From Vicugna vicugna (lineage: Eukaryota), in assembly GCA_013265495.1 (NCBI GenBank), contig MU061578.1, positions 2,427,308 to 2,491,307 on the forward strand: a stretch of DNA of 64,000 nucleotides, in the 5' to 3' direction. A model generated the notes under the pieces. That model worked only from the letters and a program-made list of their open reading frames with translations, ran no database searches and was not told the origin of the DNA. Both the position numbers and the translations under genes were made by a program. Of this stretch, positions 13,430 to 25,874 are shown piece by piece (positions within the stretch are counted from its first letter, which is position 1; the number at the start of each line of letters is the position of its first letter).

Positions 13430-13860
13430 GGTTCATTAACCCCTTTAAATCCTCCCAGAAATCCCATGAAGGACTACTGCTGTTATTTCTCCACTTCCCA
13501 GATGAGGAAACTGGGGTTTGGAGAGGCTAGCAAACACACCTAAGGTCACACAACCCATCAGATTCAGATTCCCACACGTGCAGTCTTATTTCAAAGCCCA
13601 CACTCTTACACACAATGACACACACGCTGCCCACAAACATCTTATGGATGCCTAGTACACTTCAGGCACTTGGCCATGGGCTTTCTAAAATGTAGTTTTA
13701 TTCTGGGGAAGACAGCAGGGGAGAGCTGTTCAGACTCTGCAATCAAACAGACCTGGGTTTGGATGACAGCTCAGCCTTCTTGGCTGTATGACCTTGGGAA
13801 AGTTACCTAGCCTGTCTGAGCCTCATAAAAGGGAGAAGAAACAGTTCCTGTTGCGTAGGG
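13430..13860. mobile_element. Two MIR SINEs (minus then plus)
   Basis: cagatgaggaaactgg...aaggtcacaca; acagacctgggtt...tgaccttgggaaagttac. Confidence 0.75.
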
Positions 13861-14414
13861 TTACTGCCAGGACACAGAAGACTCTGGAAACTAGGGGAAA
13901 CTTTAGTTTTTTTTTCTTCCTAAAAGTTTAATTATAAAGTCAGCACACAAATATCAGGACAGAGAGACAGGCGGAGTCACCCTGGAAACACAGCAGCTCC
14001 CAAGTCATGTGGCTTAGTTGGATCCAGGCTGTAGCCTCAGCCTCCCTGAAGGCAGACGGGGGCGTGAGCAGCCAAGGAGGCTGAGGAAAGGGAAATGGAG
14101 GGACTGGCATCATCCACCCATGCACAGCCCAGGGGTCAGTGTGCTCCACTTGTGACTGTTCATCCACGCCCAGGACTGGGTCCACCCACACCGCAGATCA
14201 GACTGTCACAGTCATATGGTCTCCAAACATCAGTCTTGACACCTGTTCCCCTCTCTCTGTGGTCATGCTTCCCAAGCAGCCTCCACATGGCAATTTAGTT
14301 TGCATGAGGCTTGCCTTCGAGGGAAGAGGCAAGTCTTGATCCTTTTATGTCTTGCTGAACATTAATATTAAAAAGTTGGCACTTGGTGTATGCATCAACC
14401 AGGGAGCTTTGTTA

Positions 14415-14640
14415 GAGTGATTCGCTGCATTAAAAGTGTGGGCTCTACAGCCGGCCTGTTCTGGGTGTGAACCTGAGCTCCACCCTTCCTGTGTGACCTT
14501 GTATAAGCCACTTACCCTCCCTGTGCCTGTTTCCTTCACTGTAAAATCAGAGTAATAGTACATACCTCCTAGGCTTGTTGTGTGAAATGAGTGAGATAGT
14601 TCATGTAAAACTCTTAGAAGTGTTTCATAAATGTCAGGGC
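14415..14640 (+). mobile_element. MIR SINE
   Basis: ctgtgtgaccttg...ctgtgcctgtttccttcactgtaaaat...gttgtgtg...catgtaaaac. Confidence 0.85.
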
Positions 14641-14769
14641 TGAATAATAATCCCCACTTCTGCTCAGCTGAGGGACAGTGATCAGATCAATCAATTCCTG
14701 ACCCTACAAGAAGGAAAGCCAGGCCCTGAGCCGCATGACAAGCCGGTCTTCCCTGGGAACATTCCAACC

Positions 14770-15160
14770 CTCTTTCCATTCATCCAGTCAACACATTTAT
14801 TGAGGACCTATGTGTTAAGCACCAGGAAAGCAAAGTTGAGAAAGCACAAATTTTTTGCCCTGATAAGTGTTAAGCTTCTTTGGGGAAGGCAGACATTAAC
14901 AACATAATCACACAAATTTAAAATGACAACAAAGACACCATATCTGAAAAACACATCTAGTGGGGTGGGAGGGTAAGGGAGAGTGGGGAGTGTTGTTAGG
15001 AAGGCTTCCTCAAGGAAATAACAAAATGAGGGGGAAGCAGAATGAGGAATATGAATTAACAAAGTGAAAAAGAGGAGGGATGATTATGGCAGGCAGCTGA
15101 AGCTATATGTGCAAAGGCCCTGGGGAATGAGGGAGGATGACAAGCACAAGGGACCAAAAG
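14770..15160 (-). mobile_element. L2 3' region
   Basis: cattcatccagtcaacacatttattgaggacctatgtg...ggaaggcttcctc...tgtgcaaaggccctgg. Confidence 0.75.
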
Positions 15161-15964
15161 AACAGCTACAAGAAAACAAACCTCTATGGAGGGAGGTGAG
15201 GATTTGCTGACGTTAACCATCCCTCTATTCCCTTAAGTCCCACTTCAGGGCTCCTGAACCCCTAGATACCCCTAAAAAATCCTGGCTGGCAAATTCTCCA
15301 GTTAAATAAGAAATTCACACATTTTTAAGTGACTTACTGGTTTGGCCCTCCCCAGAGAATTTTAAAAGAAGAGCTAATTGAGGGCAATGTTTGACCCAAA
15401 GGAATCATGGCTTAACAGTGAGGGTAGAGGTAGAAATTTCTGAGCGTAATTCTCCTCCAATAACATCCATGGACAGAGGTCTACACCCTGCTCAGGTAAT
15501 CCTGGTCTGGACACGCAGCACAGATGCTCTGGAAGCTGAAAAGCTCAGCTTGGTTTCAGCTCTTAACGATCGCCCATCTCAGGTTTAGTTTTCTTTAAAT
15601 AGGTTCTCCCAGAGTGTGTCTTTGCTGCATCCTGTGGGGCTGGCAGAAGGAATCTGGCACTTTTTCAACCACAAACTCTTTAAATTACCAACGGCAGGGT
15701 TTATGAGGTGTCAGTGGATTGTCTAGCTTTAAACGGGCAGTGCTCTTAAAGACCATTTGTCTTGTACTGGGCCAGCCAGAGTCGAGATGGGGGCTGACGG
15801 CTCTTAACCCTCTCACGGGTCACTGTTCCGCAGGATCAGGATGAACACACTAGCCCTTCAGTGCTGCCTCTAAGGGACCCTCGGTTTTGTCTTCCAGGGG
15901 GCTCTGTAGCTTGCTGCCTCCACCATTCCAAATCCTTTTCCCACCCTGGAGGCAGTGAGAAAGG

Positions 15965-16150
15965 AAAGCATTATTTCTTGAGCATTAACCACACCCTAGA
16001 TATATAAAGAGCTTTACGCACATTATGACACTGAGATAGGACCAATTATTTGCCCCGTTTTACAGATGAACAGAGACTCAGAGAGACATAATGACTTGTC
16101 CAAGGTCACACAACAAAAAAGTGAAAGGGTCAAGATTTGAACCCAGAGCT
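15965..16150 (-). mobile_element. MIR SINE
   Basis: ttttacagatgaac...tcagagaga...tgacttgtccaaggtcacaca...gatttgaaccc. Confidence 0.8.
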
Positions 16151-16178
16151 TAACTCCTTTGTGGGTTTAACTTCCTTT

Positions 16179-16309
16179 AAAAATGGAGAAGAGTGAAAAT
16201 GATGATTCCCACATCACAGGCCTGGTCAAATGGATGAATAGTGGTGCCATTTACCCCCCCCAAAATTTTTTAATTAAAAAATAAAAAAGGGGGAAAAATG
16301 GAGAAGAGT
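16179..16309 (+). mobile_element. 99 bp retroposed non-L1 insert with perfect 16 bp TSD
   Basis: aaaaatggagaagagt at 16179-16194 and 16294-16309; TTT/AAAAA L1-endonuclease-type site; A-rich tail. Confidence 0.75.
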
Positions 16310-16759
16310 TCCTTAAAGGTGAACGAAGCAGGATAATTATCCCAGAGGGCTTGGCTGCCTTCAGCATGTATACAAATATTCACTCAACAAACATTTCCTG
16401 AACACCGACCCTCCCCCTCAACTGAATCCTGGGCACCGGGAACACAGAGGTGAGAAGTCACTGCCCTCATGTATCTCACCACTACCCAGCCCTTTCACAG
16501 TCTGACAGCTCCAGTGGGTCACCTTCTCCAGCCATCTAACTCAACATTTACTGGGAACCTGCTATCTGCCAGGCTCTGGCAAATACCGGGGATACAGAGA
16601 AGGATAAGAAATGAACAAATACTTTAGTAAATAATAGCATCACAGTGCAGTATGAAAAAAGAAAGGTACCTGGGGTATTTGAGAACAGGGGATGGAAGCC
16701 CCTACGCAGTCCTGGAGTCAGAAGTGGCTCCCAGAGGAGACTCTAGGAGATGCTACTGC

Positions 16760-18090
16760 TTGCTCTTCCAGCAGCAAGTTTCCCTTCCATGCTGGCAGAA
16801 CCCAAAAATGCTTTCTGGTGTCTACCGGTCCCCATATGACTCTGTGAAATTGTAATCTGCCTAGACCAATCATGGTGGTCTCATTTACCACCTAAGTGGT
16901 AGGTTTAGGGAGGGGAATGTTAACCAGTTCAGTTCAATGAGACACTGGCTACGGGGTGGGGGAGAGAGGGAGATGTCGACTGGGGGCTTCTAAGAAATGA
17001 CTTTAGATCCTTAAAACAGATGTGCATGGCTGGGGTGGTCTCTTTTTTTCCCAGCAGAAGTTCTTGAGTCTGCATGGACTGTTTGGACCTGAGGCAGTAA
17101 TTGTACAGATTTTCAGACTTGAGTGTGCTTAGCTTGAGAATACACAAGATGTGGCAGACGGAAAGATGGAAGGAGCTTGGGAGCTTGGTGATTCCACTGG
17201 CCTCCAACCCTGTAATTCCTCATCTCATTTGGGAATAAGGCTGCAAGGGTCAGAAACCCAACTACAGCAGCTTAAACAGATGGGGGCTTTTCTCACAAAA
17301 TAAGAATTTCAGAAATAAGGAGCAGTTCAGGGTATCCTCTTGGCCTCCAATAATTCACTTTGCTAAAATGATGAATGATCCCAAAATCATCAGGGGCCTT
17401 CAACAACAATACACACAGCTCACTCAAGGGACATACGGGCTGCAGCTGGCTGTGGCTGTGCCGCAAGTGACTTCATTGCAGGCTGCAGACCAAAGGAGCA
17501 GACCCCCAGAGCGCAATGCCCATTCTACTGACAGAGGGAATTCCAACCAAAAAGTCTAGTCACACAATTGCATTTAAGGCATCTGCTCAGACCATCCAGT
17601 GTCACATTCTCCCATACTCTATGGGCCAAAGTTACATGTCCATGCTTGGCAATGGAAAACAGAAGCATGCTTCTCCTACACATACCAAGAAGAGGGCATA
17701 TAATATCCTTATGAGAGAGGAGCAAATAGATGTGATCAAGAACACAATCTACCACGTGGCCTTTTTCCCTCAAGGCTGCAAGATGGCTGCTGTAGCTCTA
17801 GCCATCTTGTCCCAGTCCAGGCAGAAAGAAATAGGAAGAGAGAGAGTAGTGCAAAAGTTTTTCCAGAAACTCTAGAGCTGCTTCACTTTCAGCTCACTGG
17901 CCAAAACTAAATCACGTGAACACTCTGGTTTAGAAGGTGGCTAAGACATTGGGGGTTGAGTTTGTCATTCAAAGGAGTAGCCTCACTACCCTGCCTCCAG
18001 ATGGCTTCTTATGAGAAAGTATTCATCTCCTTATTGTTTAAGCCGTTTTGAGTTGACATTTCTGCTACCTTCAGCTGAAAAAAAAATTCT
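16760..18090. mobile_element. Cluster of old MLT1-like LTR fragments
   Basis: gaccaatcatggtggtc; caagggtcagaaacccaact...gcttaaac; caagatggctgctgtagctc; ttgtttaagcc...gagttg motifs; individual boundaries unresolved. Confidence 0.5.
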
Positions 18091-18490
18091 AATGGGTGAA
18101 AAATCCAAAACCTTTATATCCACCTACAAGAGCCTACATCAAGCAGCCCTGCTCTCTGCCCTTGCCATCTTCTTCCCTTCACTCACTACTCCAGACACAC
18201 TGTCCTCCCCTCTCCTTGTACACAGGCAGTTCCCTCCACCTAGAATGCTGCTCCCATGGTTTTTGAATGTCTTTATCACATCCTATTATCTCTGCTTCAC
18301 AGCACAATACACATTATGTGACTGTACAATTATTAGTTTACCCCTTTAATACTTGCTGCCAATAAATTGCAAGTTCCATGAAGACAGAAGCTCTACTGAC
18401 CACTATCACTATAGCATTTATTCATTACAGTGCCTGGCTCAGAGTAGAGACTCAACAAAAATTGTTGAATGAAGAGTGAGTGAATGAATG
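18090..18490 (+). mobile_element. L2 3' region
   Basis: gcaagttccatgaagacag...cagtgcctggc...ctcaacaaaaattgttgaatgaa...tgaatgaatg. Confidence 0.75.
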
Positions 18491-18823
18491 GGATGAGATG
18501 ATACTCAAGAGAAGTCTTAAAGAATGAGTGGGTTACCAAGTGGTCAGGAAGCAAGTCACCCAGCCTGCCTTATCAACAGATAATTTTCTAGGGGGTATTT
18601 AATAGTCTCTTTTGTCAATGAAGCAAGGATGAGCACACTCCTTCCTCTCACACATACCCCATAATGATGAAAGAGAGAAACTATAGATCTCTCCTTCTCT
18701 TCCAGAGGGTAAAACCAGAAGAGGGAAATTACTGCCCCAGGCATGGAAAACCACCATGCCAGCTCCGAGACTCGAAATCTGCTCACCAACTTCCCAGTAC
18801 ATCATACTGGCCAATTTTACCAC

Positions 18824-19222
18824 TGTGTCAGTTTTCTAGGGCTGCCATAGCCAAGTACCACACACTGGGTGGCTTAAACAACAGAAACTTATTTTCTTAC
18901 AATTCTGGAGGCTAGAAGACCGACATCAGGGTGTAAGCAGGGCTGATTTCCTTTGAAGCCTCCGTCCTTGGCTTGCAGGTGGCTTTCTCCTCCCTCTGTC
19001 CTCACACGCTCTTCCCTCTTTCTGTACTAATCCTAATCTCCTCTTCTTATGGAGACACCAGTCCTATTGGATTAGCGCCCACCCATAAGACCTCATTTTA
19101 CCTTAACCACCTCCTTAAAGGTTCTACCTTCAAATGCAGTCACATTCTGAGGCACTGGGGGGTTAGGATCTCAATATATGAATTTCAGGCAGGGAATGGG
19201 GGACACAGTTCAGCTCATAGCC
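18824..19222 (-). mobile_element. MLT1B-type solo LTR
   Basis: Full-length LTR motifs; 5 bp TSD accac (18819-18823) / accat (19223-19227). Confidence 0.9.
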
Positions 19223-19439
19223 ACCATTACCTAAATTTGTGATTTTCTATGCAATTTCAGATACTCCATCTTTTGTGTTCCTTACAATAGGCTTGTGCCT
19301 TAGGCAGGGCAAGAATCCTCACTTCACAAGTGAGGAAATCAAGAGACGAAAGGGCTCCCCTACCGTTGTACCTCTGGAGAATAATGGAGGTAGAGCCAGA
19401 ACCCACCAGACCAAGTCTTGTCCTGGAGTTGTGGCATGA

Positions 19440-20148
19440 ACACATCCTTGTGGATTTACGAGTTCCCTCTGAAATTTTTTTATTTCAGTAATTCTAAATT
19501 TTAATTTCAAGGGTAATCTTTTCAAATAAATGCATGCATTTTCTGTATCACCCGGTTGACTCCCTTAATTAGCTCATCCTACTGCACGCTTGAGCACTTG
19601 CAGTAGTGTTTACAATCTCTTTGGTGCCAAGCGGTACAACCTGAACTGTCTTGAGTGATAAGAAAGAACAGAAGCAATCATAACACATCCATGATGAAGG
19701 TCAACAGCGAAGGTCAAAAACTGTGCTTTGGAGACAGGAAGTGGTAGGTGATTGGGGTTTCCACATGGCAAACATACATAGTCCAGGCACATCTAACTCG
19801 AAAGAAACCACACTCCAGCCTTCAGTACCCAATGCACTTTATGAGAAGTGATTTAGTTTCAGCCAAGGAACATCATCTATCACATTAAATTAATGCTGCT
19901 AATTTGGATTTTATTGGTTTTATAGGTTTGTTTGTATTTAACTTATAAATTTGTTTCAGCTTTACAGCTGTATAAGAGCAATAAGCATAAGGCATTTATA
20001 GGTAGTTTTATGTTTGTACTGCTTAAATAATATTAATTTAAGTTTAACATTAATACAAAATAATTTAAGCCAACACTGAGGCTCCATGAGAAAAATTTTC
20101 CCATTAAAGTACACTATATACATAAAGTGCTCGAGTTAAAGAACTGCT
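19440..20148 (+). mobile_element. hAT-Charlie non-autonomous derivative
   Basis: 19847-19888 translates SDLVSAKEHHLSH*, resembling Charlie transposase C-termini; AT-rich 3' region ending ttaaagaactgctg. The left boundary is uncertain. Confidence 0.6.
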
Positions 20149-20329
20149 GCACTGTACACCGTTGTTCTGCAGTTCGTGAGCCCTCGGGTAAGAATTACTG
20201 CGTGAACATGAGCAAAAGAGAGGATAGTCCTTCCTGATCTATTTCCGACCTGGTTTGTTCTCCATTCCCTAAAAGAATCTGCATACAGTCCAACATATTG
20301 GAGATACCAGATATTATCTCCCCAACCAC

Positions 20330-20785
20330 ACCTCTTAGAGAATTTGCCCTGTCCAATCCCTGGTAGAGGCAGAACCATCATTCACAGTTGATTGGACTAA
20401 GGTTAGAAAACTGTTCAAATAGAGATGAATCAGATTCTTCCTTCTAGGATTTTGGAATTAGTATATTAAGAGATTGAGCCAGTAAGCTGTCAGAAGCTAC
20501 GCTACAAGGTCCTGCAGACTCAGGAGAAACCATCGAAGGCTGGGTATGGATGGAGTGAGTAGAGGAAGCCAATCTATAACAAGAAGAGAATGAAGTGGCT
20601 GGGCAGAGAGAAGCTGGGATGACAGCCTCTGAGAAGGGGCTTGAGGCTGGCTGTACAATCCTGCTGGCTTCCCACTCAGCTCCAGGCACAGGAGACCTGC
20701 TATGAGATGCACTTGTCTCCTTTCGGCAAACCCCTTTGACTTGAGACTGAGTGGGTTTCTGTCCCCTGGTGACCAAAGTGTTCTT
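20330..20785 (+). mobile_element. Old MLT1-like LTR
   Basis: 3' motif tgagtgggtttctgtcccctggtgaccaaag. Confidence 0.45.
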
Positions 20786-20909
20786 TCCATGGCCTTCAGC
20801 TTGTTTCATCTATCTTCACATCCATTTCATCACTTTCATGCCTCTATGTGTACCAGCCTGCCCAGGAGGCTTTTGAGGACAAGCACCAGAAAGGAATATT
20901 AGGAGAGGA

Positions 20910-21295
20910 ATCAAGATTTATTGAGTGCTTACTCTGAGAAATGAAAAAAGAACATCACCATCCTGAGCAGGCAGGTCACATACATGATCATATTTAATTC
21001 TCACTGTTACTTTGAAACATGGGTATTATTATACTTACTGAATAATCCAAGAACCAGGACTCAGAGAGGTCAAATAACTTATCCAAGGCCAATAGCAAGG
21101 AAGGAATGGAAGATAAGAAATGATGGGAGACAGGAAGTGATGGGAGATTGGAAGTAATGGGGAGACAGGAAGTGATTGGGAGGCAGGAAGCAGGGGAGGC
21201 AAACAGGAAGTAATAGGAAACAGGAGGTGATTGGAAGACAGAAAGTAATGGATGATCGGAAATGATAGAAGACAGGTTGATCTGATTTCACAACC
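20910..21295 (-). mobile_element. MIR SINE containing an internal purine-rich tandem expansion
   Basis: atttattgagtgcttact...atttaattctcac...ctcagagaggtcaaataacttatccaagg; MIR-like sequence resumes at tctgatttca. Confidence 0.7.
21110..21280 (+). repeat. Degenerate ~17 bp minisatellite (caggaagtgatgggaga-like, about 9 units)
   Basis: Repeated ggaagtgatgggagaca variants read directly. Confidence 0.8.
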
Positions 21296-21469
21296 TATTC
21301 ATTTCCCATCTAATTTAATTCCTCTGGAGAGGGGGCATTGCTTCACTGGGACAAGACACAAAACTCAGAATGCCACTCATGCTTAATCAGTGCTCTTTGC
21401 CCACAGTCTCCAGACAGAGGTGAGAACATGCACTCAACTGGCACCAGCTATGTTAGGAAATAGTTGAGA

Positions 21470-21660
21470 GGGAAGCAATATAGTGGTGAAGATCCTAGGC
21501 TCAAATCCTGGCTTTGTCACTCACTGTTTCAGAGACACGATCTTGAGCCTCAGTTTCTTCGCGTACAAATTAATAGAAATAATAATAGAGGATTAAGTAA
21601 GACAATGCATGCAAAATTGCCCAGCATTGAGCCTGAGACAGCCACTTGAAGAGCAATAGG
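21470..21660 (+). mobile_element. MIR SINE
   Basis: ctcaaatcctggct...tgagcctcagtttc...gaggattaa. Confidence 0.7.
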
Positions 21661-22308
21661 AGTTATTTATAGGCATCTTAGAAGCTAAATGGAATCACAC
21701 TTTTCATGAGCCAGTAAATCCCACTAGCCTTGCTACTTTCCAAATATTTTCTACAGCAGACTTGCCACATTCCCCCCAAACTATTGGGTATTGAATTTTT
21801 AACACGAATAACCTTAGATGAACTTCACTTATAGCAGAAACTGCTTAAAACTGACCTGAATTGATCAGGCATAAGGATTTTCCATTAAGCAGAAATTAAG
21901 GAAATACATCTTCCAATATCTCAATTAAAACAGCCTCCGTTTTGCAAAGGTAGGAGCTGTTGATTTGATTTTAGTGAACAAGGAGATCAATAAGATAAAA
22001 GGCCCCTGAGAGGGCAACGTGCCTCTTCACATACCTCCTCGAGGCTGGGTTCCTCCCCTGCACCTTATCCCCCACCCACAGCTGACAGTGATGCAGGCCC
22101 CCTCAAAGTGCTGACTGCTGCCGGAAATGATGCCAAAAACCAGTCCACGTGTCCACAAGGAGCTGAGGATAGCCAAGGCCTCCTGAGAGACAGAACAAAG
22201 TTGTCCCTTCTTCTTCATCATCATTATTACAATGCACTCCCCTAAGGGCAGAGATCTGGGTCTGCTGTGTTCACAGATGTCTTGCCAGCACCTAGAACAG
22301 TGCCTGGC

Positions 22309-22825
22309 TGTGGTAGACCGATGGCATGAGGGGCCCCAGTTCTTTGCCTCTCCCTGTATCCACACCATGACCTTTGCCATGTGACTTGCATTCCTCTCAC
22401 TGAAAAGGCAGGTCTTACTGCCCCTTCGCCTGGAATCTGGGCTGTCCCTGTGACATGCTTTGTCCAGTAGACGACAAGCAGAAATGATGATGAGCCTTGA
22501 CTTCAAAAGGCTTTACATGTCTCCCCACCCTCTCTTAACTCTCTGCCGTCACCGTAAGAAGGACATTCCCAGATAAGTCTGCTGGTCTCAGATTAAGAAT
22601 GAGGGTCATGGAGGTAAAGTCAGGCTGCCCTGGTCATTCCAGCTGAGGCCACTCAAGATCAGCCAACAGACAGCTGACCAACAGACACACAAGTGAACCC
22701 AGGCAGGCCAGCAGGACCCTCCAGCTGACCCATGGACCTGGAAGCTAAACTAATGCTTGCTGTTTTAGGCTACCAAGTTTTAGGGTAGTTTGTTACATAT
22801 TACTGAGGAAGAAATCAATGATACA
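22309..22825 (+). mobile_element. MLT1H-like solo LTR inserted into an L2 tail
   Basis: TG...CA termini; TSD ctggc (22304-22308) / ctagc (22826-22830); splits L2 motif gtgcctggc|acat. Confidence 0.85.
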
Positions 22826-22919
22826 CTAGCACATTCATCTAAATTGATAGAGTTAATCTATTAAATACTATTAAATAGGTACTAAATACTAGGCACTTGG
22901 TTAAACAATATGCATACAG

Positions 22920-23098
22920 TATGGATCCTGTCTTGATTTAAAATGTTCATGTTTTGTTCATCATGAAATCTGCTTCATTAATCTTGATCTGTTTTAAATC
23001 TTGCATTAATATATTATTTATCGTGATTATTGAGTTTTGCTTTTGGCGCCTCCTTAAGTTTTGTACCACTCACTCACCTCACCATATTCTCAGCCCTG
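22920..23098. mobile_element. hAT-Tip100-like (MER96-like) fragment
   Basis: Terminal motif tcactcacctcacc...cagccctg. Confidence 0.5.
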
Positions 23099-23134
23099 AT
23101 TTTCTGATTTATTCCTTGTAAAAATAAATCTGTC

Positions 23135-23945
23135 AAAAAAGTAAGGTCCAGATGAAGCTGGAATAATTTGAGCAACAAAATAAACAATGTGGTATTGCAT
23201 TATAACTCAAAGCATAAAATAAATATCCATGAGTCCACACTGATAGAAATAAATGATTGAATAAATAAGTAAATAAATAAGTAAATGTGGGAGGATGGGT
23301 AAATATCCCACATTCCATCAAGGAAGGGGACCATCAACCCCCATTCCCTAAGTATGAGCTGACAGTGACTTCTTTCCAAGGACGACCACTGAGGAAGGGC
23401 AGAAAGGACAGTGGAGAGATCTGACAGACACACCTCAGCCAGGTGAGCAAGGTCACCATCATTTTGATGAGCCATGTTGCAAGGTGGTACACTGTAGGGT
23501 GTGATGAGAATGGAACTTTACCTCTGCGATCTTCTTCTCCCAAACCCATACCTCAGTCTAATCATGAGAAACATATGAGACAAATCCCAGCTGAGGGACA
23601 GTCTGTAACATACCTGAGCAGTCCTCCTCCAAACTGTCAAAGTCACTAAAAACAAGGACAGTCTGAGGACCTATGGTGGCTGATGTGGTACCTTGGATGG
23701 GATCCTGGAACAGGAAACAGGCCTTAGTAAAAGCTAAGGAAATCCTGATGAAAGGTGGAGATTAGTTACTAACAATGCGTCAATACTGGTACATCAGTTG
23801 TGACAAACGCACCATCGCGATGTAAGACGTGGAGAGCAGGGGAAGCTGGGTACAGGTTACACGGGAGGTCACTGCACTGTCTTTGCAACTTTTCTGTAAG
23901 TCTAAAACTATTTTAAAACAAATGGCTTATTTAAACAAAAAATAA
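23135..23945 (+). mobile_element. L1MC/L1MD 3' end
   Basis: aataaatatccatgagtccacactgat...ggatgggatcctggaacag...ttgcaacttttctgtaagtctaaaactatt. Confidence 0.88.
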
Positions 23946-24084
23946 ACCAAGGCCCAGAGAGATCAATTGCCCAATGTCACAGAGTTAATAAATGACAAAG
24001 CTGGGATTCTACTCCAGGACTGTGTTTGAACCAACACCCTATGGCTCACCTACTCACACTGAGATAATTTCCATGTGACAAAAA

Positions 24085-24185
24085 TAAGGAAGGAAGGCAG
24101 GGAGGGGGAGGAGAAGGGAGGGACGGAGGGAGAGAGGGAGAGAGGGAGGAGAAAAGAAGAGAGAGAAAAGGAGGGAGGGAGGGAG
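24085..24185. repeat. GA-rich low-complexity tract
   Basis: ggaaggaagg...ggagggaggg read directly. Confidence 0.85.
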
Positions 24186-24759
24186 ATTGATTGCCAGATA
24201 TTTGCCAGCTTTTCGCTATTTGATGAAATTGGCTGCCCGAAATGCCTTTTGTCTCCTTTCCTCCTAAATGCATATTCAGCAGCTTCCAGCTGCACCAGGG
24301 GCTTCTCATCCAGCTGTGCTCACCCTCGTACAAACTCCCATGAAATCAATAGCACACATCCATCATTTTATCTTCACCACTTAGTGGAAGCAAAAACCAC
24401 TTTGCCAAAGTACCCTCCACCGGACAAGACATATCACCCCGTCACCATTGTACCCATCCATCTTGCATACGATTGTTTAAGTGGTTTGGGGTCCTTTGAA
24501 ATCAGAGATTTATTCCTGCTTCCTTTACGTTTTATTATGGGAGGTTTATCATCAATATGAAACTTTAATTCCTCCAGAGCCGTGGATTAATAGACTCATA
24601 AACTTTAATACCTGGTGCTTCATACACTTCATTCAGGATGTACTCTGCACAGCTGGGGAGTAACAATACAGTGCAATTTTTATGATCTCCCCCATCCTTC
24701 AATTCTAAGACCTTTGGGGACATAGATTGCTCTTGATAAAGCTCTGTCTTGTAATTAGG

Positions 24760-24945
24760 AGGCTGAACACTGGAGTCAGACCAACATGGGTTCAAATCCC
24801 GGCTGTATCACTTACTAGCTGTGCAACTCCAGGCTTGTTGCTTTACCTCTCTGAGCCTCAGCTCCATCCATCTATAAAATGGGGATAAAATTGGAACCTA
24901 TCTCACAAGGTTATTAATTGTTCATGGTGTGTGTGTGTGTGTGTG
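24760..24945 (+). mobile_element. MIR SINE followed by (GT)n
   Basis: gggttcaaatccc...cacttactagctgtg...ctctgagcctcag...taaaatgggga. Confidence 0.88.
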
Positions 24946-25477
24946 TACAATGGCGGTGGGGAGGGAGAGAGCAAGGGGGGAGGGGGGAGAACAAAAAAGA
25001 GAACCAAAAAAATTTCCTTTTTTATGACAAGGAAAATAAAGACACCCCCTTAGAATCTCTGCAGAGAAAACAGAGCAAAGAGACCAGAATCTTCACTCCC
25101 TTCACTTTGCACACATCATCAACCCAGAGCTCCGATACTAAGCACGTTTGTGTTCAGCTCGTGCCATTGTTTAAAATGCAGCCGCTGCTGCTTCTAGTGA
25201 CAAGAACTGCTAGTTTGTTCTTCCAAAGAAATCTTTGGGGGGCAGGGCTTAGGCTGAGCTCTTTGTAACTTTCTAATTTCTCAGAAGACAATTTGGGAAA
25301 ACAAACAGCACTCTTTTTTCAGAGCTCACTGCAGCATGCTGTGCCTCTCCTGTCTTCCAAAAGGCCTCCTCTTATACAGCAAAGACCTAAATAAAACAGC
25401 AAAAGACAAATAATAGTCCGACGGGTCATATAATATGCAGTGATTCAGATAATACTAAAGATAACCAATCTTTACAC

Positions 25478-25810
25478 CAGTGGTTCTCACCCAGGGGACA
25501 GCTGACAATGTCTGGAGACGTTTTTTGTTGTCATGACTGGGCATGGAGAGTGGCCTGTGACCAACATCCCGCACAGAACTGAGGCTCCCAGACTTACAAC
25601 CAGAAAGGATGGAATTCCACGCCGCTGAGCCTTAGATAAGACCTCAGCCCTAACCAACACCTTGATCATAGCCTGGATGGTTCAGAAGCAGAGGATGCAC
25701 CTAAGATCTGCCCAGATTGCTGACTCACAGACACCATGAGATTAAAAAAGTGCATTGTACCAAACTGCCAAATTTGTATAATGTTATTATGTAGCAAGAG
25801 AAAACAAACT
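25478..25810 (+). mobile_element. MER20 5' fragment joined to an MLT1D/E-like LTR 3' fragment
   Basis: cagtggttctcacc...atgtctggagacg; acaccttgatcatagcc...ctgactcacagacaccatgagatt...gcaagagaaaac. Confidence 0.7.
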
Positions 25811-25874
25811 CCCTGGCCTGGGCTGCCACACCCACTTTCCTATCCCAATGGAACATGCGCTCATGGAAAACATT

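Noticed and set aside
21110..21280. CRISPR-like array
   Set aside because: Units are contiguous and degenerate with no unique spacers; eukaryotic context with no cas genes.
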